Source of the DNA: an uncultured virus (IMG/VR IMGVR_UViG_3300029951_000019)
Lineage: Duplodnaviria > Heunggongvirae > Uroviricota > Caudoviricetes
Virus record (IMG/VR): IMGVR_UViG_3300029951_000019
Strand: one strand, 5' to 3'
Length of the DNA: 64,000 nucleotides
Made by a program: the position numbers and the translations under genes. Shown here in pieces: positions 41,477 to 49,769 of the stretch (position 1 is the stretch's first letter; every line of letters begins with the position of its first letter). Under the pieces are notes generated by a model that was given only the letters and a program-made list of their open reading frames with translations, made no database searches and was not told the origin of the DNA.

Positions 41477-42076
41477 GTGACCCGCCAGACCATCACCCCG
41501 CTCGAACATACGAGCCTCAACCCGTCGTTCCAGGGCGCCAACTGGCTGGCCCGCCGCGTCCGGGACGGCGAGATCAACATCGACCCGCCCTACCAGCGCG
41601 GCAAGGTCTGGACTGGCGACCAGCGCATCGCCCTCGTCGAGAGCTGGATGCGCGGCCTGCCCGCCGGGGTCGTCATCCTCGCCGACCGCTGCAACACCGC
41701 CTGGGCCAAGGCCAACCCCGGCCGCGACCCCTACGAGACCGGCGAGTCGCTGTGGGCGTGCGTCGACGGCAAGCAGCGCCTCACCACCGCCGTCGCCTGG
41801 TTCGACAGCGAGTTCGCAGTCCCCGCCAGCTGGTTCCCCGCAGATCACGTCGCAACCACCGAGGGCACCGGCGACGGGCCCTTCGTCCGCCACAGCGGCC
41901 TCACCCTCAAGGGCCAGCGGTTCATGGAGCGCTACTGCTCGCTCCTCGTCGCCGAGACGAAGGACTGCGCCACCGAGGCCGACGAAGCCGCGTTCTACCT
42001 GCTCGTCAACGGCGGCGGCACCCCGCAGACGGATGCGGACATGGACAACGCCGCCCGTGTCGCAGCCGAGCAGTAA
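41477..42076 (+). CDS. DUF262 (ParB-like, GmrS-type) domain protein
   Basis: PPYQRGKVW, LVES, VDGKQRLTT, FYLLVNGGGTP. Confidence 0.85.
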   Translation: MTRQTITPLEHTSLNPSFQGANWLARRVRDGEINIDPPYQRGKVWTGDQRIALVESWMRGLPAGVVILADRCNTAWAKANPGRDPYETGESLWACVDGKQRLTTAVAWFDSEFAVPASWFPADHVATTEGTGDGPFVRHSGLTLKGQRFMERYCSLLVAETKDCATEADEAAFYLLVNGGGTPQTDADMDNAARVAAEQ

Positions 42077-42127
42077 CCGCCGGGCACCGTCCGGCGTCTC
42101 ACCCAGTAACCCTCGAAGGAGCCCGCA

Positions 42128-42316
42128 ATGCCGTTCCGTTTCCGCAGGTCTTTCAAGATCTTCCCTGGCGTCAAGCTCAACCTCAACGGCAAGTCCCGGT
42201 CGATCACCCTCGGCTCCGGCCGCGTCCACGAGACGCTGAGCAGCACCGGCCGCCGGACCACCTCCGTGCGGATCGGCGACGGGCTCTCTTGGCGCAAAAG
42301 CAGCAAGCGCCGGTGA
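42128..42316 (+). CDS. DUF4236-like protein
   Basis: MPFRFRRSFKIFPGVKLNLNGKSRSITLG. Confidence 0.8.
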   Translation: MPFRFRRSFKIFPGVKLNLNGKSRSITLGSGRVHETLSSTGRRTTSVRIGDGLSWRKSSKRR

Positions 42317-43580
42317 GCGCCCGCTTCGAGGTCGTCAGCTGGCCGCCCGCCGGTCTCGGCCGCACGGAGACGACCTACCACGTCCGCGACAACCAGACCC
42401 GCAGCGAAGTACTCGGCCGCTGGGACACCCGCGTCGACGCCGAAGCCCACGCCGCCCGCTGCAACGAACACCAACCAGACGCGGACTGACGCACACTGGT
42501 CCCGGCGGAGGAAGACCGCCAGCAACCCGGCCCCGCCGTCCCCTCGGCGGGGCTGTGGCATGTCCGCCTCCAATGGCATCCTGATCGCATGGCCGACGCC
42601 ACCGGAACCCTCTGGAACTACACCGCCACCGCCTACGAGAACACCCGCCTGCCGCTGAACCCCAGGACGCCGCTGCTACCCAACCCCGACATCGGATTCG
42701 TCGGCCGCGCCCGGCGAGACGGCGACGAGCAGCGCTACGCCACCCCGTGGACCGAGATCCGGCAACTCGACCCGATCATCCCGGAAGAGAGCCCCCAGCC
42801 GCCCCGACAATGGAGCGTCAACGCGGTCGGGCTCACCCCGGCCGCGACGCACGCTGCACTGCTCGCGGCCGTGGAAGAACTCAGGCAGCGGATCCGGGAA
42901 GAGCGCGCATCATGGTCGGCATGACTCTCGCCGCGCGCATGACCGCGCTCGCCGACCAGTTGGAAGCCGACGCCGTGGGTTTCGGTGGCGGCAAGTTCGA
43001 GGGCTGGCGGGAAGCCGCAGAGCTGATCCGGGCCGAAGTCGCCGCCGAAGGGCCGCAGACGGTGTGGGCTGTCCACGCCACCGAGTACGAGGACAACGGT
43101 GTCCGTGCGATCCTCGCGACCCCGGAGCTCGCCGAGCAGCACCGCGTCCAGCTCGGCGGACCCCAGCAGTACAGCGGCTACGGCATCGAAGAGTACGACG
43201 TCCTCAGCGTGCTCCCCCGGCGCATCCAGTATCAGAGCCTGTGGGTGACCGTCTATCCGGAGGGGACCGTCGAACGGCACCCCGGCGGCGGTGCGGACAG
43301 CAGGTGGGACTACGAAGTCGCCAGCGGCACGCACATCGACCGCCCGGGTGAACGCACCGTGGTCAACTCCTATGGCGAAAACCCCGAACCGGCACTACGC
43401 GAACAGGTCGCGTCGGTGATCAGCGGATACGCCGCTGATCAGGGATGGTCGCCAGGGCGGCTGCAATGGACGCTCGGCCGGGAGTGGGTGTCGCGTCGGC
43501 CGCAGGTAGTGGAGCGGCGCTGCTATGAGGCTTCGTTCGGGATGGTGCACGTCCGGTCGTCGTGCCGCTGCGCGCGCTGA
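42313..43580 (+). other. Hypothetical genes (42313-42489, 42589-42924, 42921-43580)
   Basis: Coupled ORFs; 42589 has a leaderless-type TGGCATCCT-N6-ATG. Confidence 0.55.
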
Positions 43581-43984
43581 GCCTCTGGTGCGCGGGCCCG
43601 GATCAGCCACCGCCCGTCACCGGACACGGCAGGCGAGTTGGACGGGCGGCCGACGTCCAGGCCGAGGGTCCGCAGCACCGTCACCCACGCCTGGGCCTCG
43701 GGCTCCGTGTCGACTTTCAGCAGCACCGTCGTCCCCATGAACATCAGAGTGACGCACTGTCACCTGCTACGCACGCGAAACAGCCTGATTCGCCTGCGCG
43801 GACGAACAGGTCCGGCGCATGCTGGTTGTACGCCGATCCGCGTCGGCAAGACTCCGGCCCCGGCCGCCCTCCCCCCGGCGACCGGGGCCGAAGTACGCTC
43901 CGCGCAGGTCACGCACGTGATCCGCCGCATCAGGCGCATACTGGGCTCATTCCTGCCGCTCCTGACCCACCGGGAGTCTGTCTC

Positions 43985-44758
43985 GTGCCTGCCCTCACGC
44001 CGTGCCCTGGAACCCACAACAACGCCTGGCGGAAAGCCGAACTCGCCGACCTGCCCCACGAACTCAGCCCAGTCTGGGGAACGCCCGTGCACTGCTTGAG
44101 CTGCATGGGTCGCGCCTACCACCAGCTCGCCGAACTCCCCGAACTCCTCGCCGCAGTCTGGCTCGAAGCCGTCAACGGCACCCGCGCCGGCGACAAGGTC
44201 GGCACGATCGGCCGCGCACCCGAAGCCGTCTGGCCAGGGCAGGCAGCCCGGCTCATGACCGACCTGATCGTCGGTGGCCTCACCGAGCTGGAGGACGACA
44301 TCCGCCAGTTGCGGCACCTCAACTTCCGCCCGGACCGTGGGCGCGAAGGCCAGACCGCGACCGGCGCAGTGACGTTCCTTCTGACCCACCTCGACTGGTC
44401 GCTGACCTTCCACCCCGCCGCGACCGAAGCCCACGACCGGGACTCCGCGAACCCGGCCTCCCAGATCTCGTACTGGCACCGGGCGGCGACACGGTTCACC
44501 CGGCGGGACGCCAGACTGGAGCAGCGATCTGCGCCGTGTCCCAAGTGCGACTGGCGGGCCCTGTTCTACGGCGACGGCGAAGACTACGTCGAGTGCAGAA
44601 ACGTCGCCTGCGGGAACCTCATGACCGAGGCCGAGTACATGGCCTGGTCGAAGGAACTCACCGAGAAGCACCGGATTGCCGAGCGGGCTAGCGCCGAAGA
44701 TCGGTTTGCCGTAATCTCAGCCGCGGCGGAGTGTGTCCAAGAGACCACCGCCGCATAA
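43985..44758 (+). CDS. Zinc-ribbon protein, candidate late transcription regulator
   Basis: CPG..HCLSC N-terminal motif; CPKC...CRNVAC; position before the tRNA/late region. Confidence 0.55.
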   Translation: MPALTPCPGTHNNAWRKAELADLPHELSPVWGTPVHCLSCMGRAYHQLAELPELLAAVWLEAVNGTRAGDKVGTIGRAPEAVWPGQAARLMTDLIVGGLTELEDDIRQLRHLNFRPDRGREGQTATGAVTFLLTHLDWSLTFHPAATEAHDRDSANPASQISYWHRAATRFTRRDARLEQRSAPCPKCDWRALFYGDGEDYVECRNVACGNLMTEAEYMAWSKELTEKHRIAERASAEDRFAVISAAAECVQETTAA

Positions 44759-44765
44759 GCGCCCC

Positions 44766-44803
44766 GAAGCCCCGTCAGCCCTCACCGGTCGGCGGGGCTT
44801 TTC
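44766..44803 (+). terminator. Intrinsic terminator
   Basis: GAAGCCCCG...CGGGGCTTTT. Confidence 0.75.
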
Positions 44804-44838
44804 GCATGCACGGAAGGCGGTGGCCTTCCGTGCAGACG

Positions 44839-45072
44839 ATGGACGACGAGCCCGTGTCGATCACCGGGAGCCTTGAAGCGACGCTCTGGAATCCTCAGGA
44901 AGCCGCGCGGGCCGCCAGGGTGGACCCGGGCCGGATTGCCGTGTGGGCGAGCCGCGGCTACCTCAAGCGGGTCAACCCCGGCGTGCGCACCCCGCTCTAC
45001 CGGGCGCTCGACGTACTGAAGGCCGAGCACGACGTGCGGATACGGCGAGAGCGAATCACCACCGCCGCCTGA
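44839..45072 (+). CDS. MerR-like HTH protein
   Basis: EAARAARVDPGRIAVWASRGYL...PLYRALDV. Confidence 0.7.
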   Translation: MDDEPVSITGSLEATLWNPQEAARAARVDPGRIAVWASRGYLKRVNPGVRTPLYRALDVLKAEHDVRIRRERITTAA

Positions 45073-45325
45073 CCATCGACTCCCCGCCGCGTTCCGTGCC
45101 CATCCCCCGGCCGGCGGGGCTGCCGCCCGGCCCAAGTCCCCGGGCCGGGCGGCTCACCAGACCAGCGGCGTGCGTCTGCTCCGCGCACCGTTGGGGCTCG
45201 TCGAGATGCCGAGGGTCATCGCTGACGCGGGTCTGCTCGCGGCCCTGCGCTACCTCCGCACGGTGTCGGGGCCGCGAGCCCAAAACCCGGTCGCCCGGAC
45301 GGCGGCCGGTTCGTAGGATCGACGC

Positions 45326-45397
45326 AGCGGGATGGCGCAGCGGTAGCGCGAGGGCCCCATAAGCCTTAGGTCGCGGGTTCAATCCCCGCTCCCGCTA
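45326..45397 (+). tRNA. tRNA-Met (CAT)
   Basis: AGCGGGA/TCCCGCT acceptor; GCGC D-stem; AGGGC-CCCATAA-GCCTT; GCGGG-TTCAATC-CCCGC. Confidence 0.9.
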
Positions 45398-45399
45398 CT

Positions 45400-45472
45400 G
45401 TGACCGCAGCTCAACTGGTCGAGCGCCGCGTTGTGGTCGCGGTGGTTGCGGGTTCGAACCCCGTCGGTCACC
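45400..45472 (+). tRNA. tRNA-His (GTG)
   Basis: GTGACCG/CGGTCAC acceptor; CCGCG-TTGTGGT-CGCGG; TTCGAAC T-loop; C73. Confidence 0.9.
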
Positions 45473-45475
45473 TGA

Positions 45476-45548
45476 TGGCTCGTAGCTCAGTAGGCAGAGC
45501 GTCCCGCTGTTAACGGGAGCGTCGCAGGTTCGATTCCTGCCGGGCCAG
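45476..45548 (+). tRNA. tRNA-Asn (GTT)
   Basis: TGGCTCG/CGGGCCA acceptor; TCCCG-CTGTTAA-CGGGA; G73. Confidence 0.93.
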
Positions 45549-45552
45549 CGTA

Positions 45553-45629
45553 GGGAGAATGGCGCGGGTTCGAATCCCGCCGTCGCGGCCGGATGGCTGC
45601 GGCGAAGCTCAGCTTGGCGAGCACCTCCC
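45553..45629 (+). ncRNA. Circularly permuted tRNA-like RNA (T arm - closed acceptor stem - D arm; YrlA-like topology)
   Basis: GGGAG(45553-57) pairs CTCCC(45625-29); T arm GCGGG-TTCGAAT-CCCGC; 10-bp stem closed by GGAT; D arm GCTC-AGCTTGGC-GAGC. Confidence 0.75.
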
Positions 45630-45680
45630 GGGCACTGCCGGTGAGTCGCGGATCTTCGCACCGCGCACCGGCGGTCGCTT

Positions 45681-45754
45681 GCCTCGGTAGCTCAGTTTGG
45701 CAGAGCGCCGTCTTCGTAATTCGGAGGTCACAGGTTCAATTCCTGTCCGGGGCT
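45681..45754 (+). tRNA. tRNA-Thr (CGT), anticodon stem partly mismatched
   Basis: GCCTCGG/CCGGGGC acceptor; canonical D and T arms; CCGTC-TTCGTAA-TTCGG. Confidence 0.8.
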
Positions 45755-45896
45755 CAACATGTGGGGGCGATGCTGTGCTCCGCGTCTGGTCCTTCCTCGA
45801 CACCTTCTGGCATTCCCTCGCCTGCCGGGCGGCTGGGTGTGCGACCGCTACGACCTGGCGCTCGGGGTGACCCGGGACGAGCTGAGGCGGTGACCA

Positions 45897-46400
45897 TGCC
45901 CGCCTCTGACGCTCTGCGCTGGTGTTCCTGCGCCCACGTGTACGACAAGCACCTCAACGGCGGTACCTGCCGGGATCGGTCGCTGGACGGCTGGCCGTGT
46001 GAGTGCGAGCAGTTCGACGGCGACGACGAAGGCGAGGCGTGATGGCCAGCCTCGACCCGATCACGGTGATCTGCCCGGAGTGCGACATCCCCATCGTCAT
46101 CCCGGTGAGTGCAACGCCGGGCGACTGGGTCGGGCTGCGCACCGTTGAGGTTCACGTCGGCATCGACCGGGAGCCGATTGACGCCCACGTCGCCGAGCAC
46201 CAGACGGAGTCCACGGCTTGACCGACGATCATCCTCTCCGGCATCTCGACGCGCCGTTCACGCCGCCCGACCTGTGGACCTGCATCCCGGGCCGCTGCAG
46301 TCGCTGCCAGCAGCCCGCGCTACTCGGCGAGACCCGCTGGCAGCACGTCGGCGAGTCATGCCCGGCGAACGGGCCGACCGCCGAGTTCCTGCCCGACTGA
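45897..46400 (+). other. Small CxxC-containing genes (45897-46042, 46042-46221, 46218-46400)
   Basis: Coupled ORFs. Confidence 0.55.
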
Positions 46401-46428
46401 TCAACCCTCACCCTCGAAGGACCCTCGC

Positions 46429-46683
46429 ATGCCCGAGCACGACGACGCCCCGAATCCGCCCATGGCACTCCAGCTCTCCGAGCGGCATCCGTCCACGCAG
46501 CAACTGATGAAGCACTTCGCCTACAGCCACCTGCCGACGCACCTTCAGGTCATCTCGCGGCCGGTCTGCCAGCTCGCAGGGCAGATGGTGATCGCACTCC
46601 CGGACGGCCCGGAGCTCACCGCCGGGCTGCGGAAGCTCCTGGAGGCGAAGGACTGCCTGGTAAGGGCGGCACTCGATGGCTGA
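46429..46683 (+). CDS. Conserved small helical phage protein (possibly Acb2/Tad1-like hairpin)
   Basis: HFAYSHLP..LQ..S...LPDGPELTAGLRKLLEAKDCLVRA. Confidence 0.65.
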   Translation: MPEHDDAPNPPMALQLSERHPSTQQLMKHFAYSHLPTHLQVISRPVCQLAGQMVIALPDGPELTAGLRKLLEAKDCLVRAALDG

Positions 46684-48132
46684 CAGCTGCCACGGCTGCG
46701 ACGTCTGCGGGATCTCCGTCTGCCAGGGCGGTTGCCGCGACTATCGCGCCTACGACGGCGACACCGCCGACTTCACCATCGCGCGCCACGGCTGCGACGA
46801 CGACGCGGCCTGCCTCGAAGCGTGGAAGCGCGCCGGGCGGCCGGAGATCCGCGTCACCACCTGATCAACCCTCACCCCCACTGCTCACACCCTCGGAGCA
46901 CCTGCATGTCCACCCTCGCTTTCCCGTGGCCGCGCGCTCAGCGTCGTGCCGTATCCCGTGACCAGGCCCGCAAGTTCGCGCACTACAACGGGCCCGCGCC
47001 GCGCTACGAACCCGCGCGGGACCCGTCCTGCCACGTGCACCACCGGCAACTGCCCTGCAAGAGGTGCACGGGAGTGACGTCGTGAGCCGCCACACCGCGA
47101 TCGTCCGCCTCGCCTGCCCGAACGAGCAGCACGAGCACATCCCCTGCGACGGCGTTCACGTCGACCAGGGCGGCGACCTCCACATCCAGGCCACACGCCA
47201 CGGCGACGTGCAGACCGTGGCCCGGTTCCAGCACGGGCACTGGGCCAGCTACGCGCTGGAGGAGACTCCCGGCCCCGACGTCGACGAGTGGCTGCGCGAG
47301 GGCGTCGTCACCCGCGAGGAGTTCCTCGGCCGAGTGCGGGGCGAGTTCGCTGACGACAGCGCCGAGGCCCCGGTCAAGGCCGAGCGGCTGCCCGAGGTCG
47401 GCGAGATGGTGCACATCTGGCGCCCGGACGACGTGCTCGGCGGCTGCGCGCCGCTCCGCGTAGCCGAACACCGGGCCACCCCGCCGGGCGTGGACACCGT
47501 TCTCATCCTGGACGGCCCGCTGCCCTGGACCGACGACGTCGTGCAGTGGCTGACGCAGACCCATGACGAGACCTGTACCGAGGTCGGGTCCTGGCACTGG
47601 CCCTGCGGCGACGACCAGGACGCCGCGCCCGAGCCCGAGAAGCCCGCCCCGCTGACCATGACGATCAACGTCTCCGGCAGTGTCCTCAGCCAACGCGACC
47701 TGCGCGACGAGATCCAGAAGCAGATGCTGCGCCTCGCCCAGCTCAACCCGATCTACTTCCGCCGCTGAACCACCCTCACCCTCAAGGAGTCCCACCATGT
47801 CGTTCCTCACCGAGTTCCACGAGATCGTCACCAAGCTCGAAGCCGAAGGCCACGAACTCGCCGCGAAGGCATCCGGTCTGTTCGGCGAGGCCGAGAAGAT
47901 CGTGTCTGGGCTCGTCGGCGAACTCGCCCCCGCCCTCGCGCAGGTCCGCGCCGACGTCACCGCCGACATCACCAAGCTCCTCGCCCAGGCCGAGGTCGAC
48001 GGCACGCAGCTCGCGACCGAGGCGGTCGGCGACCTCAAGACCGAGTTCGAGGCGCTCAAGACCGCCATCGAAGCCTTCCTCGGACAGACCCCCGCAGCGC
48101 CGGCCGAGCCTGCGGCTCCGGCTGCCGAGTAG
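46676..48132 (+). other. Hypothetical genes (46676-46864, 46906-47085, 47082-47768, 47797-48132)
   Basis: RBSs and coupling. Confidence 0.6.
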
Positions 48133-48165
48133 TCAGACCCACCACAACCGACAGGAGGCGCGTCG

Positions 48166-48651
48166 ATGGCTGTGACCGCTTACGTCTTCCCTTCGTTCAT
48201 CGACGCGTTGAACTCGAAAACTGTCAACGTCACCACGGACACGCTCGAATGCCTGCTGGTGGCGTCGGGCACGTACACGTGGAACTCGACGGCCAACGCC
48301 GCTGTCCACGTCCACGACTTCCTCACGGCGAACGGCACGCTCACCGAGGTGTCGGGTGGCGGGTACTCCCGCCAGACACTGACGTCGGTCAGCACCTCGG
48401 ACACGTTCAGCTCGCCGCACAACTACACGTCGCTGGTCGTCGGCGCGAACCCGTCGTGGACGTCCGCGAGCTTCTCCGCGGTGTACGCCCTGTTCTTCGA
48501 CAACACCGTCGGCGGCTCCGACACCACCAACCAGGTGATCGCGTACTGGGACCTCGGGGGAACGCAGACCGTCACCGCGTCGACGTTCACGTTGTCCATG
48601 CCTACCGCGAACGCTGTGTCCAACGTGCTTGTGCAGTGGCAGGAGAACTAG
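48166..48651 (+). CDS. Probable virion structural protein
   Basis: EVSGGGYSRQTL, YALFFD, IAYWDLGG..T..TFTL pattern of actinophage minor structural proteins. Confidence 0.65.
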   Translation: MAVTAYVFPSFIDALNSKTVNVTTDTLECLLVASGTYTWNSTANAAVHVHDFLTANGTLTEVSGGGYSRQTLTSVSTSDTFSSPHNYTSLVVGANPSWTSASFSAVYALFFDNTVGGSDTTNQVIAYWDLGGTQTVTASTFTLSMPTANAVSNVLVQWQEN

Positions 48652-48683
48652 CCTCCCCGCACGACCAAAAGGGGCGCTGACCT

Positions 48684-49229
48684 GTGCCAATCATGGGCAA
48701 CCAATTCTCGTACGCGGACGAATCGGTCGAGTCGGGCGTCGGCGACTGGGCAGCATCAGGTACCACGACACCGACGATCGCGTCGTCCACAGCGTTCGCC
48801 CTGGACGGCACGCACTCGATCCAAGTCACCTCGGCGGGCACGAGCTTCGCCGGACTTGCCTGGAACACGACGCGCCTGCCGGTGACCGTGGGTGTCGTCT
48901 ACACGTTCAGCTTTTGGATCTACACGGCCCTGGTCGGCCGGACCGCTACCGCAGAGATCAACTGGTACACCTCCGGTGGCACGTACCTGTCGGACTCGGC
49001 GACCGGGCAGGCCGCCAACTCGGGCACCTGGACATTGATCAGCACGCAGGCAGCCGCCCCCGCAACTGCCGCATCCGCGCTGCCGCTGCCGCTCGCCATC
49101 GCCTCCGCGTCCGGCCAGGTCTTCTACATGGACGAGTTCTATTTCGGCGTGCTGCCCGACATTCCCGGCGGCGCCGTCAACCCGATCCACAACACAGCTC
49201 AGGCCCTCTCCCGCGCGCATCTCTGGTAG
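48684..49229 (+). CDS. Carbohydrate-binding-module-like virion protein
   Basis: GN..SVESGVGDW, DGTHS, VYTFSFWI, FYMDE beta-sandwich pattern. Confidence 0.6.
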   Translation: MPIMGNQFSYADESVESGVGDWAASGTTTPTIASSTAFALDGTHSIQVTSAGTSFAGLAWNTTRLPVTVGVVYTFSFWIYTALVGRTATAEINWYTSGGTYLSDSATGQAANSGTWTLISTQAAAPATAASALPLPLAIASASGQVFYMDEFYFGVLPDIPGGAVNPIHNTAQALSRAHLW

Positions 49230-49238
49230 GAGGCGACC

Positions 49239-49757
49239 TTGGCTGGCTCCCAGTTCATGTGCTGGAACTCGGCACTGTCCACCACAACCACAATCAACGC
49301 CGGTACTCAGTACACCGCCGCCGCCCTCTTGGCTCTGCAGCTCGCCGTGCCGTCCGGCGGCCTGATCCAACTCGTCGAGTGGGGTGTCTCCTTCAATACG
49401 GTGCAGGCCACCGCCGCGATCGTGGAGGTCGCGACGACCGCGACGGCCACGACCGGATTGACGGCGCACACCACCACCACGGTGTTCCCGGCGATCAACG
49501 TCCTCAACGGCGCCACCACCAGGCTGACCCTGGGCACCGGTGCGACGGCCTACGGCGCGGTCGCGATCACCAGCAACACGACGCTACGACCCGTCGACCG
49601 GCAGGAAGTCTTCAGCGCCTACTCCAAGATCTGGCCGCTGGAGGACTATCCGCAGGTCGGAAACGCCAGCGCGGCCCAATACCTCCAGTTCCGGATCCAG
49701 CCCCAGGCGACCATCACCTCCGCCCTGATCTACGCCCGCTGGATCGAGATGATCTGA
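49239..49757 (+). CDS. Probable virion structural protein
   Basis: GGAGG RBS; Thr/Ala-rich; EWGVSF. Confidence 0.55.
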   Translation: MAGSQFMCWNSALSTTTTINAGTQYTAAALLALQLAVPSGGLIQLVEWGVSFNTVQATAAIVEVATTATATTGLTAHTTTTVFPAINVLNGATTRLTLGTGATAYGAVAITSNTTLRPVDRQEVFSAYSKIWPLEDYPQVGNASAAQYLQFRIQPQATITSALIYARWIEMI

Positions 49758-49769
49758 CCGGGGGTCAGT

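Noticed and set aside
45326..45754. tRNA cluster as a host integration site (attL/attR)
   Set aside because: Phage-type genes continue on both sides, no integrase is adjacent, and the T-arm fragment at 45564 is explained by the permuted structure rather than a duplicated tRNA 3' end
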